Shown piece by piece: positions 45,501 to 58,395 of a DNA stretch of 64,000 nucleotides. Positions within the stretch are counted from its first letter, which is position 1; the number at the start of each line of letters is the position of its first letter. The translations under genes were made by a program, and so were the position numbers. The notes beneath the pieces were generated by a model. That model made no database searches and was not told the DNA's origin. It saw only the letters and a list, made by a program, of their open reading frames with translations. The DNA is from Amoebophrya sp. A120 (lineage: Eukaryota > Protista > Dinoflagellata): the NCBI GenBank assembly GCA_905178155.1, contig CAJINV010000001.1:15314142-15378141 (forward strand). Reading direction: 5' to 3'.

Positions 45501-48500
45501 CGCGGGTCTGCTATCGGAAGAAGCGTTTCCGGCGCCGAGGTTCCGCAACGTGCCGACGCTGCTACATGCGCTGCGGCAGTGCGGGGGCTTGCGGAAGGAT
45601 CTGGGCTGGGAGCTGATCGAAAAGGTCGCACTGGAGATCGATCAAGGCCACCGAAAAGCAAACGCGCGGAAAGAGTTTCCCGCTACGGTAGACCTTGCGG
45701 AAAAAGACTTCGTGGAAGAAGACACGGCAACGTCAGCATTGTCTTCCACGAAACTACCGTCAGTGGGGGTGAAGCAGGAAATAAAATCCGAGGCAGATCT
45801 TGTCGCCGGCGAAGATTCTGCAGCAGCAGCTGCAGATACCAGCAGCGCTGGTACCGGAGTTGCAGCGAAGGCCACGAGCTTGCGACGCGTCCGTGTGGAC
45901 GTCTTCGGTCACCTGCCTCCTCCGGACACGAGTCTCCCATCTTCTGCCACCTCTACTAGTAGTTCAGCCCTGGGTCTGGTGCCCTCGCAAAACCATGACA
46001 CGAAAACTGCGCCGGCAAAGGCGAGCGCAAGCGCAAACGAGGTGATTGAGCTCAGTGACAGCGACGATGACATGTCGGTACCGCCGCCCGTTCTGAATAC
46101 TACAACTGCTGAAAAAGAACAAACAGCGCGGACTCAGGAAACTTTGGAAATTACCGTTATCCAGGACAGTTTTTTTGCCGTCAATTCCGCACAAGATTTT
46201 GAGACGTTTCGCGCCCGCGCTGTGAAACTTCAGAAGTACATCAGTTGGAAACTGAAGAACGACAGCAGCCTGCAAAGCGATGACCTGGTCGGGGAATCCT
46301 CCGAAGATGCGGAGTCTTTACGCGCCCGCAAAAACCGCGTGTTTGGCGAGATCTCGTGGGTGCCGCAAGCCGAACCGCCCCGCGCTGAGGTTTCGAATAT
46401 CACCTTCCGTCTGTGGGCGGAATTCCGCAGTCTGCGGCCGCCGGCGAAAATGACAGCAAGCAAGCATCTGAAGGGCTTGTTTGCGGCGGTTCCGGTCTCG
46501 GCCTGGGACCTGTCCGAAGATGATCCGTTTGCGAAAACCGCCGGTTGGGAAAAGCCGGTGTCGCCGATCCTGTGCATGCAGCAACTTGATCATTTGCAGA
46601 AGGGTTTGCAGTTGCGACTTTTGGACGGTGGGATGTACCGGACGCACTTGTGGGAGACGCTGCACATCATGAATGTGCACTGCGGCGGCCAGGCCACTCC
46701 GGATTTCTTCAAAGTCAAGAAAAAGATGAAAAGAGCGGGAAAGAGGAAGAGACGCGAGGAAGAGAACTCAGGCAGTTACAACGACCTGGAGCCGCAAGGC
46801 AGCGATTTGGTAGAAAACTCGTGTCACGCCTCGAAAGAGGCGACGGCCGACGGAGCTTCTTGCGAAGATGACGCGAACTATGCAGAGCTGCTTCGGAACC
46901 GTCTGAGCCACCTTCCACTTTTCCCCGCTGAAGACGGGCAACTTCGTGCGCCTGAGCAGTGCGTCTGCATCTCCTCGGGCGCGCAAAGAGATTTCAGTCC
47001 TTACCTCTACACAGTTCCTGTGGAATACTTGCCTTTTCGCGAGCAGCTCGAGTTTTTCGGTGTCGCAAAGAAGCTGACGCTTTCCAAAATCGACACCATT
47101 CTCCTCACGGCGCGGGGTGCAACCACGACAGGAAGTAGTAGCCGCGGCCCGAAAATTTTCACTACAGAGGAAAAGGCCGGTCTGGAAAACTTGCTCAAAA
47201 AATGGGCGGACATGAACCGAGAGAGCAAAAATAGAAAGCAATCGGTTGCTGCTGGAACTGCAGCGTATCCGAGCGTTGTTTTGACAGAGGCGGACACCCT
47301 TGAAGAGCGTGAAGCCGTCCACTTCAACGATGGTCGCGGGAAAAAGCACAAAGCGAAGACGACCACGGGAGCAGGCCTCAACTCAGAGTCACAAGTAAAT
47401 AGAACGGTCCTCAGCGCCGTGTTCTCGAAAGTTGACGCGGGGGCGCTTGGTGTAAAGTGCCTCTCGGAGCTGCTTGCGCTGCAGCAAGACAGCGAAAGCG
47501 AGCAGGACGAGGACAGCGTCGAAGGGGCAAAGGATGGGAAGAACGTGAAGATAAATGTGTCCTACCAAGACCGGATCCGCAACGTCCTGGAAGATTACAC
47601 AGAGTCCGGCACTGGTCTTGTCACAGTCTGCAACGAAGCAATTCAAAATTTTGACGACGCCGGAGCACAAGAAATTTTCTTCCTTCTAGACGAGCGCCGG
47701 CACCCAGCCGAGCGTTTGCTCAACGATCAAATGCAAGCGCTGCAGGGACCCGCACTGCTGATTGCGGGGGACTCGGTGTTCTCCAAACAAAATTTAGACT
47801 CCTTGCAGTTCGTGGGCCGGTCACAGAAACGCGAACGATTCGACGCAGACGGGCAGTTTGGGGTCGGCCTAAACGTCAACTACCACGTGACGGACTCCGT
47901 CGCGCTCCGAACCGCGAACCAGGTATGGTTTCGTATTCTTCAACGAAATTCCTGTGTGTAGTCCTCTCGGCATTAGATCCTGATTGTTTTTTGAAAGCAA
48001 GTTGTTGTCCTACTCCTAGTCATTCTCATTGCACCGTGTATCTTGAATCCTGGAGATCTTCATTTCTGGAAATACAATACAGATACGCTTCTTCGATCCT
48101 TTGCACATGTATGCGTCTGCCGACTCCGCTGAGCGGAAGTCTCGACCGGTGAAGTTGTTTGAGGAAAGCGCACTGGAGAAGCACTTTCCTGATCAGATCG
48201 AGCCCTTCCTGAACCTGCCGGTATTCTTCCCCACCGGGACGCAGTTTCGACTTCCATTGCGGGCGGAGGCGAGTGGGTTGAAGCGGAAGGTGTATCAGCC
48301 CGGCGAGTACGTCCAAGAGCTGGCTCAGTGGAGTTCTCGCGACATGTGGAAGTGCCAGATTTTTGCCCGGTCTCTGCGTCGCATTCGTGCGGGCCGGATT
48401 GGGGCGGACGGTGTGGTTTATCTCATGGGCAACTATAACGTGCAGCTGCGCGAACTCGACTCCGTACCATGGGCCCCGGTGCTAACGCCCGGGGGTGCGG

Positions 48501-51500
48501 ACGTGCCGCTTGCTCAAGGGGCTGAAGTTTGTGAAATCGGCGTGGCAGAGGCTTCTAACTCGTCAGGGCGGCATGACGAGCAACGCGACAGCAAAGACAA
48601 ACAAGGCGAAACCCTGTTGCCGCCATTGGATGAGGATGGAAATAATCTTGCCACAACAAGCACCAGCTCAAGACCCGTTCCGTTATCTCATCCGTCTTCA
48701 AGTGCTGCCTTAGCCTCGAGTTCCTCGTCACGCGCTGTGCAGTCATCGCAGGTACCACTCTCCCTGGAGTCGGAAGGTGTCGAAATTCCAGCCCCGATCG
48801 CGGAACTCGTGGCGCAGGAGCCCAAACTTCGCGAGATGATGCCGGAAATCGCCCTGGGCGTGCGGGACGGAAGCGCCCGGGACTTCTATGCGAATCTGCC
48901 AAAAACGGGGGCAGACCTCCGAGCTCACATCAAAAAGGCCGACGTCCGGAAGTCGCGATATTGCTACTTTCACGTCGTGGTGCAGACGGGGGACGGGTTG
49001 GATCTGAGTGAGAGCTCTGAATCAGCAGCCGAAGAAGGAACGTTGCGGAACGCTGAAACAGGGGACGCGGACGAGTATACCGGACCACCTTTGAAACGTG
49101 CGAAGCAAGAATTAGATGCCGAAGACCCTGCTCCTGCCAGTTCCGAGAAACCTGTGGCTCAGGCAACGGCACAAGAAAGCGCGAAGAGAAGACAAGCCGA
49201 CAGCGACGATTCTATCAAAGAAAACGACAACGAATCTTTACTGAAGGTCCAGGGTAGCGGCCGCGGCAGCATCAGGAGGACCTTCTTGGTAAGGAAGCAC
49301 ATCAGCGCGCCTGCTCGGCCGGCTTCAAAAAAGAAAACCCGCAACGCGGCTGACCAGACCGACTCGGTCTTGCCACGAGAAATTGAGTTTGTAGTCGCCC
49401 TCTTCTTCAACGCGGACTGTTTGAAGGATTCGCTACGCGTGCTTGAAGAAGAGAGCATGGCGTTGCTGCCCGTCGGTGGAATCGCAATGCCGCTTCGTAT
49501 TTTGGAACACGATCATCACCAAGGCAGTTCGAGCGAGAATACAAACGACGCCAGCAGCAGTGCGGCACAGGCAGACATGGGACAGAATTTTTACCCAGGC
49601 ACGAAGGAATTCCAAAGACGTGTCGCGAAGATCAACCGGGAGAACGAGTATCTCTTTCGATTCCGTCCCCTGCGGTCGGGGGTACAGGATCAAAGCCGGT
49701 CCGTCACCGAGTTTTACATGCACGGCTTTTGGAAGTTGCACTCGTCGCGGTTGCTGATTTTGTTCGACCAGAAGGAGCCAGAAAAGTGCTGGAATCAGAT
49801 GCTGATGCAACAGGTACTGCAGCCTGCCTACGTCCTCGCCTTCTGCGGAGCGCTGGGATCCTTGAAACGCATTCAGGAGGAGGAGCTGCAGGCCGCGCGC
49901 CGCAGGGAAAAGGCGCGCGCCCAGCGTGCCGGCGTTAATGCCGCTGCCAGCGACAACGACGGTGCGGCCGCAGCGGCCAGAAACCAGGATATTGAAGACC
50001 GCGATCTGGCCCGGCTGTGCCTGCTGTCCCTCCCCGCCGTCACGGCCTACCCGCATCTGCTTCCGACGTGCAGCGGTGCGGCAGAGGACGCTGCCGGAAT
50101 TCTCGAGTTTCCGGCTCTCGAGAAGCAGAATGGTACTACGGCCGCCCTTGCAACAGAGGACGACCCCTGGCAGACGTTTGCGGACGGTTGCCTCTCCTCC
50201 CTGTACAGACGGGGAGTGCCGTGCGTGCCGGTGTGTCCGAACAACCCGAAGGCCGGTAAGGCGAGTAAGAAAGCCTCCTGGTTTTTGGACGTGAGTCTGG
50301 TGCTGGAACGGATCAAGGACGACAGCTGCCTCGAATGCTCGATCAACATGGACTTCACCCCGGATCCCTACTTTTCGATCGACGACCCGAAGCAGACGTA
50401 CGACAGAGGGTCCGTGCTCCAATGGGTCGACCAGGACGGTCGGCACCCGCTCACGCGGCGGCCCACGAGCCGCGACAAGTGGAAGTCGAATCAAGCTGTG
50501 AAGAAAATCGCCGAGAGCCTGCACGCCATGTTCGGCGTGCAGAGCTCGAGCGCCCACGAGGGTGCTGCGGTCGTGGAGGATGGTTCGGCCGACGACGGCG
50601 GTCGAGGACAAGCCAACAAAAGCGATCCCACCGACGTTTTGGAGAAGGAGCTTGTGAGGCTGGGAGCGTTGTATCCTTTGACCAGCGAAAACGAGAAACC
50701 GTACTTGACCTCGAAGGGCCGGACGGTCCGCAAAGACACACCGGCTGCGGAGCTGCAATCGGGGGAAGAACTTGTCTGTGAAAATCACGTCTTGATCAAC
50801 ATCCTGCAGCTGTTCGCAACGTACGACCGGTTCCGGAACGCGGGCGTCGAGCTGGTCGCCCTGGAGAACAGCCGGCAGGAGGCGCACGGAAACGAAGTGA
50901 CGTGGGTGCCGCTGGCCAGGGCGGTGTTTGACGGACGGACCGCGGTCGATTTCTGTGGCGAGGGTGCTTCGCACCGCATGGCCTACTTCCAACAGCAACG
51001 TCCGATGATCCGCCACGTCATGTCTGTTTCGCTGCTCTCGTTGCGTTCGCAGGCCCGGCTTCTGCGCGCGTTGTCGAAGAGCAAAGGCACGCCGTTGCAA
51101 GAGCTCACGCCGGCCAAAGTTTGCGCTGCCCTTCGCGAGTACACCGAGACCTGGCAAATTTTTGCCAAAAAGCCCGGAGATTTTTGGGACAGATGGGAAA
51201 ATAAGTGGATGACCGCAGAGGAGTACACTGGTCTGACGAGCGGAGCCGACAGATTCGTGCCGAAGAGTGTAAATTTTGTGCGGCAGGCAGATGTGCCCGC
51301 AGAATCGATGCTGCGCAGCCGCGAGTTCGTGCTGAAGTTTCTGGACTTCCTGGTTTCGGACCGCTTTCAGAAGTTCAGCACAAGTGAGGACGGTTCCCTG
51401 CTGCAGCAACTCTGTGGAACGCCACTGCTTCTGCTTGGGGGTGTGAGCGGTAACAGGTCTGGGTTTGCCACAAACCTCTTTTTGCTGGGACGGGTGCCAG

Positions 51501-54500
51501 ATCCTCAAGAAGCCGTAGAGCTTTACACGGAAGGCAAGAACACTAGCGGCCTTGGCGCTTGGTGGAGGTGGAGCTGCACACCGCAGTTGTTTCTGGCAGC
51601 GGGATGGCAGAAAGATGGCACGGGGAAAAATGGCGGGAACATGGACAAGCACGCAGAAACGTGGCTGTCCAAGGTCGTACGCGAAACCTCGTCCGAAAGA
51701 TTTCTGCAACATCGAGAGCGGCAGGTTCCATCGCGATTGATAAAAACCGATCAGGACCTAGCAGACGCAGGAAATACGGAATGCTGCCGATTCGTAATCG
51801 AGAGGCCCGAGCTCGACGGAAGCCTCACAACTAAAGCTTGGCTCGCAGCAATGGATGTGCTGCACCCGCTGAAAACAGTAGACGTCCCGGGGATGCGGCG
51901 GGACGGTCGGCCCGGTTCGATCAAGCAGACAAAGCGGGCGCCCGCAAGTGGCACCGAGCTATCCAAGGCCCTGCATCTGTTGCAAGACTGGCCCCTATTG
52001 CGCACTGTGCAGAATCGCGTCCTATTCGGAACTGCAACAAGCAAGACAATTCTGTGGCCGTCTTCGACGTGGGGCCCCGTTCCGCCTCCGCTCCAAGATG
52101 TGTTGCGTGCGCTCGGATACTTCGTTGTACCGGGGAAATTCGGAAACCCTGTAGACGATCCTTTCCAAGAGCTGCGCGGGATTTCAGATTTCCTCAATGT
52201 CATCCCAGAACAGTTCCTAAAATCGCAGATCCAACTGCGCTGCGTCGTTGGTATTCCGAAGCTCGTGAAAGTTTTGGCGAACAACAAAGATGCGTTTGCT
52301 GCAGGGTTGACCGACGAAGACAAGAAAGCGCTGGCGCGCTTCTTTTCGAAGTGCATCACCGAAAACACGATGCTCGGGCCCAGCTCGTCTGGCGGTAACC
52401 GCGGCGCCGTTCAATTTCAGGAAGCCGGTGACTGCAAGCGCAATCTTCTGGCTCTGCCGCTCTACCAGACCCTTTCCGGAACGTACCGGTCGCTTGGTCT
52501 GGAAACTAGCCGCCGGCAGTACCTAAGCGGCGTGGATTTTCTGTGTCAAGGGACACTGAGAGCGCACCGGGACGCATTTGTGGACATGCCCTACCTCCTC
52601 TGGGAGCCGGAGGAGTCGGGAGAGCATGCGACTTCTTCGCGGCCCCTCTGGGAATACGTGGGCGTCGAGGAAATGAAGCTCCCCGCCTTTGCGGCCACGC
52701 TGTTGCCCAAGGTTGCAAAAACCGTCGCCGAGCAGGGCCGATGGCAAGATGTGGACCGTTGGATGAACCTGATTCGCGACTGGACGAAAAGCATTAAGAG
52801 CAACGACGGAGCCCTGCTCACGACGCTCCGCGAGCAGGTCCGTGAGATCCCGTTTCTACATCGCGCGGCGGCCGCCCCTTGCTCACCTGGGGGCACAAAC
52901 AAGAAGGCGAGGGAGCAAGTCGTGGCGGCTGCATCCAGTAGCAGTTCGAGTTCTGCGGTCGGGTCTGCGATTTCGTCTGCGACGTCGGCACTGCGCCCGC
53001 GCGGGGTGGTTTCCGAGTTTTTCGATCCCGACGAGAAGGTTTTGAAGGAATTTTTGCCCGCGGACGCCTTTCCCCAAGCGCCGCACGATGCGCCCGAGTG
53101 GATCCTCTTTTTGCAGAGAATCGGTCTGCGGAAACGGTTCACTACGGAGGACTTCTTGCGACACGCACGGCAGGTGGCGCAGGACGCACTGCAAGTACTG
53201 CACAAGGCGGCTCAGGAGGTCTTGAACGTTGCGAATAACCAGAAAAAGCAGTCAACAGACCAAGCAGCATCCTCCTCGTCTGCAGGCACTACACGAGTTG
53301 TGGATCCACCTTCCAACCCGGAGCAGGTGCTGCTGGATCCAACGGCAGACCACGTGCGCGCGTTGGCGGACAAGGGAGCCTTGTTGCTGTCATTTCTGCG
53401 GCAGCAGGTTCAACAATCCAGCGAAACAGCACTGCTTGGCAGCAGTGCGCGGGAGTTTGCTGAGAAGCATTTTCTGGACGAGGTTCGCAGCATTGAGTTT
53501 GTGCCAGCTCTGACACGTTGCGTGAATACAACTACGGTGGGTGATCGTGGTCTCGCACCAGGAACTGTGCCATCCGTAGCTTCGGTCACAAACGCAGACA
53601 GTGGCAGGCTCCCATTAGCGAAAAGTGTGTATCTCCCACGAGAAATCTTCGCAGCAAAAGATTTACGTGCACAAATCGCAGGGGAGAACAACACGCACTT
53701 CAAGCCCATTCTTGAAGAGTACCCGGGCACGGCCATTACATTTCACGAGGCAGCACACGCAGACGAACCACCAGAGACTCGGTTGCGCGTTACCGTTTCC
53801 TCGACAGATCCAGACGAGAAGAAATTCGAAGAAGCGTTCTCCAAGGTCGCTGATTTGGTTGCAACGATGACAGCGGTCATTTTACATGAGATGGGCATCC
53901 AAGAGGAAGAGAGCAAACAAATTACGAGGAAAATTCGGAAAGAAGTGTTTTCCATCTATGATGACGACACGGTAGGACCGGATAGCAGTCTCAAGACAGG
54001 ATTGGTCTGGAGACACTGTGGGGCGCGGCTGTGTTTTTCTGACGAGGTCTGGAATACCACGTTCACGCAGCAGGACCGCGTTTGGAAGCCCGACGAGGGT
54101 GTTGTGGAACTGGGTGAGACTGAGAAAACTGTTTTGCTGTTACAGGATGCGGCGGACGCCGATACGGTCTTCCAGCACATTGTGGCACTCTCAGAGTTCT
54201 TTCCGAAGACGCCAGAAGCGGCGCCGGAGACGAAGACGATCAGCAACAGCGACCAAGAAGAACACCGGGAGGAAACACGGCAAGATCAAGCTCACGTGGC
54301 CCTTGCTAGCTCTTCAAGTGGTTCGAGTTCATCTTCTAGCTCGGCCGCACCGATCAACAAGGTAAACCTGGTCCAGTCGGCCCAAGAAGCAAAAGCGTCT
54401 GGAAGCATGATCGAAGGACCAGAAGTTGCTGACGAAGGATCTTCGCTTTCAAATCTGCATCCAATTCTTTCGCAACCGAGCAACAAACGAGACGAGTGTG

Positions 54501-57259
54501 TTGAAGTGAGCAAGGCGCTGCGAAAGGAGTTGGCGAAGCACTACTGGCACGCGGTGGAGCAATTATCTTTGCTTGTGGGAGAGAATCAGATACAGAATTT
54601 AAATCGGGATTCTTTGCGGCGCCAAGCTTGGCTCCCAGTCGTCGATCGTGCCTCTGCCTCCGAGGACAGAAATGCTGTCAGGAGGGACGATGCACGGATA
54701 ACGGTGCTGGCGCAGCCAGATGGTGTGTACGCTAACTTGACAAACAAGGCCGGAGATTTGGCTGACCTTGACCGTGCGGGTAAAAGGTTTAGCTTAGCTC
54801 TCCATCCGCGTTTTACCGCAAATCCCAAACTAGCTTCGTTGTCCGGTATGCTGCGGGAAACGCTGTTAGCGAAACTGACATGCGAACACCTTCTAGGGTT
54901 GATGGAGCAGAGATTTGTCCCTGACCTGAATGACCCTGACGCGCCCGTGGTGAAGTTTCATCTGGGCCCGCCGGACGAGAAAACAAGATCGGAAAAAGAA
55001 GACGAAGAAGTAGAAGTCGACACATTAACAAACGCAGCAGCAGCGGCTGAAAATAAAGACAATTCTGCTGCAGCAGTTGCTGGCGATCTGAACAACGTCC
55101 AGCGTAGTGGAGAGCGCGAAGCAAAGCTCCTGCAGAGTGGCCACCTCTACCTACAGTGTGTGCGCGAAATCCTTATGCTACAGCTTGCGGCTGAGAAGGC
55201 AAACTCCTCCGGATCTTCTAGTGCTGCTGTCGAGCAGCCTGCGGGGCACGACGCTGCGAGGTCAGCTGTGGATGTCGTCCGTCGCCGTTTTCCGCTTGTG
55301 GATTCGTCTGGCTGCATCTGCCGTGCTGAGGACGGCATCGTGTTGCCTCCAAAAGAACTCAGCAGAGGTTGGTCTGATGCGCAGAAGGAACAGCGGTCAC
55401 GGGCGTTCGCGAATTTGCGGCACATACATCCTGAAGTCGTGAAGAAAATGGAGACAGTATGGTCAGGTTTCGCGAGGAGGCGGCTGAAACTCCACCCGGC
55501 TGAGGAATTTTGCAAATACCAGATCACTAGGATTCTCCCGGTGGCCTCGAACTCCCCGACGCACGCTTTCGCGGAGTTTCTGTCGTCGTATGAGCGGTTC
55601 GCTACACCTTTGGCAACACTGTGCCGCGGGTTGGAGCTTTCCGCATGCGCCATAGGCCTTGACACCACGAGGGTCGACTTCACTGCCTGCGATGAGCTAC
55701 GGAAAGGCTACAAGCTCACGCCTCCAACGACGAAAGCAGGTATCGCTGTTCCTCCGGGCAGCGGTGGGTCTAGTTCAAGTTCATCTAGCTCACGACCTTT
55801 GATGGTGCAGCCGCCAGCACAGGTAGTGGAGGAAGACCTGAACGACCAGGCCTTCGAGATCGCCTACGACGCTCCTGCACCTGAGACGGGCCGACAAGTT
55901 GAGAACTTTCGGCAAGTTTCCGTGATCCGGTCGCTACTCGAGCGCGTCCTCCAAGGCGAACCAGGACCCATGAAAAGTCTCTGTGATGTGATTGGGGAAG
56001 CTTACGGGTTTAGTTTTAGTGGCGACACGATTGGGAACAAATCGGATTTAGCGAGAATACTCATCAGACAGATCATCGAGGACAAATTCATGCACGTAGA
56101 ACGGAAAGACCCAAATGGTAATCCGCTTTCTGTACATGCAAGCCGCAGCGACAGGAGCGCACCAGGACCTTCTTCGTCCTCCTCTTCCGGCCGGCCGCAA
56201 CTCGGTGCGAACAGCAGCGCGTCAAGCCGTGATGTTGGTACTGGCGCTGCTACAGGGACTGACGTCGTGCTGGGTGCTCGGGACCATGATTCAAATTTTA
56301 ACGCGGCCGCCGCAGCAGAAACAGATGCACAACAAAACGCGCCGCTCTCCCCCTCCGGAATCGACGTTGCCATGGCCCCAGACGACGAACTCGGAGGTGA
56401 GAATGCGGATCATGGTTCGGAGGCGGATCGGGAATTTGAAGGCGCGCAACCGGAGTCGATGGAGGCCGACGATCGGCTCGGGAGGGATCAGGTGGCTCCG
56501 CAACACCAGTTTCCACGGGGTAGCAATAGAGGACCAGTACGGAGAATCAACAATGCACCTACCCGGCGGCCCCGCGTGCTGCACCTGTCTCCGACGGTGC
56601 TCCGGAGCGCTGGGCAGAGTAGGCAGCAAGCGGCAGAACTACGGGACCAAACCGGCGACGATTCCAGCGGTGATCACAAGACAGTCGAAGCTTTACTAAC
56701 GGTAGTGGAAGGGTTGCTCGGAACTACAAGGGCAGGAAATGGCGGAGAAAAGAACGATGCCACGGCTCGTCAGTGCGCTTCAAGTAGCATGTTGACAAGC
56801 AGGAACCTGCCACAGCGCCCCGACGGTGGAAAAGAGTCGGTGTCGGGAAAAATAGCAGCGGATACAACATCTCATGGCCCCGCCTCTGCCACGTCGTCCT
56901 CTTCTAGCAGCACCGGTGGGATGAACGTGCGCGGAAGCACCGCGCCTGCAGACCGGCAAGCTTTGACGCCGTCGCGGTGGCGAGATCTCATGAAGCGCGC
57001 CGACGCCGCATTGCAGTCGCTGTTGTTTTCAAATCCGACGACAGTACCTTCCAGTACCGGAAGGAGGTCAGGCGAATCATCAGCAGTCGTACAGGACGAG
57101 AGGGCGAACGGGTCAGAGGACCACGACGTGAATCATCGTGGTGCATCCTCAGCCCCGATAGTTCGTCGAGAACAAGATCAAAATGACGACCGCGCCAGCG
57201 GTAACCCGAAATCAAACTCGAACGATCAACATGACGGCAATATGAAAGACAGTGCTTGA
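42519..57259 (+). CDS. Sacsin-like giant protein (~4798 aa), two Hsp90-like ATPase (SIRPT) repeats, internal U-box and KH-like domains; GT-AG introns 43199-43382 and 47923-48082
   Basis: EAFQNAVDAKA..KIGQYGLG..FFHVAD..GTIIRLPLR and EAIQNFDDAGA..LQGPALL..GQFGVGLN..YHVTD..GTQFRLPLR; both splices in frame. Confidence 0.9.
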
Positions 57260-57927
57260 TGAACTCTCAATTATGTTTGAAATTGAAAAGAGTTCTTGAA
57301 GGAGAAGGTGTTTCATCACATAGATGAAAGGTACTACGCTCAGTGAGCGTAGTCAACGAGATGACATGAAGATAGCAATTCGCTGACGCTGAAGTAAAGG
57401 AATACCAACATGCACTAGCACCAGGGTGAAAATACACCGATCACGGCCACGGTGCTTGTGCATGGTGCGAAGCTTGGTGTTGTTCTCGACTTTCGTTTTT
57501 TTGCGTTAAAGTTGGCAAATTAATATGTTCGTTCTACTTGGTTTTTTCTTCGTAGGAAACGTACGAAAATCGATGCTTAGTCCTCAGCCTCGTCTGATTC
57601 TGACACCAATTTTGTTTACGATAGTCAAACATGATCTTTTATATTCGTGTTCAATCATATATTGCGCATTCGCTACTTGAATATATCGCCCTCGTCATTG
57701 GAGTCGTGCTCCTGGCTCCGATTCGCTCCCGCGTGATTTCCTAAGCCATTCCGTTCTGATACGCGACGCGCAAAAATGGTGTGGAATTTCGTGTATGGTT
57801 TCGTTGATTCGTTCCTCATAATTCAGTCACTTCGTTGATGCTTATTCACCAGTATTACATCGTGATCGTGCAGTGCAGTTCGTACGCAAAAGTAGTTTTC
57901 TGCGTGTCAAAAAACGCAGGTATGATA

Positions 57928-58001
57928 GGTAGCTTTATTCGCCTTTGCTGTTTTTGCACATGCTGGTCGGTAGCTTTAGTCGCCTTTGCTGTTTTTGCAC
58001 A
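57928..58001. repeat. 33-bp near-exact direct repeat
   Basis: GGTAGCTTTA(T/G)TCGCCTTTGCTGTTTTTGCACA x2. Confidence 0.85.
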
Positions 58002-58395
58002 AGTAATCAAACTGGCCTCCTCTCTTCAGTGGTAAAAGTACCCCATTCCCACATGCATATACACCCATTCCCGATTAGATTTAGTATGTTAGTAGAATAT
58101 AGTTGTCTGCTATGAAGGAATAGTACGACTAGGGAGCCTGGAGCTCCACCTTGGCTTTCTCTTCACGACGCGCGTTGCCATGTAATTAACTGAACCTCTT
58201 GTCATTTGACATTCGCATGACGCACACTAGAAGTTTTCTTCTTTCCACTTCTCACGACACTGGGATATGTAAGTGTTAGGGTGAGTTGCGCAGCAAACAA
58301 TGCAATTGCCACATGCTGCTGCTGCATAAGGAATAAGTGATTCTCCCGCGGTCTACACAATACCTACATAGGGTTAGTGCGTGACCTGCTTGAGT

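Noticed and set aside
49433-51712. 759-aa minus-strand ORF and similar antisense ORFs at 60199-63312
   Set aside because: Antisense shadows of GC3-rich + strand coding sequence; no motifs
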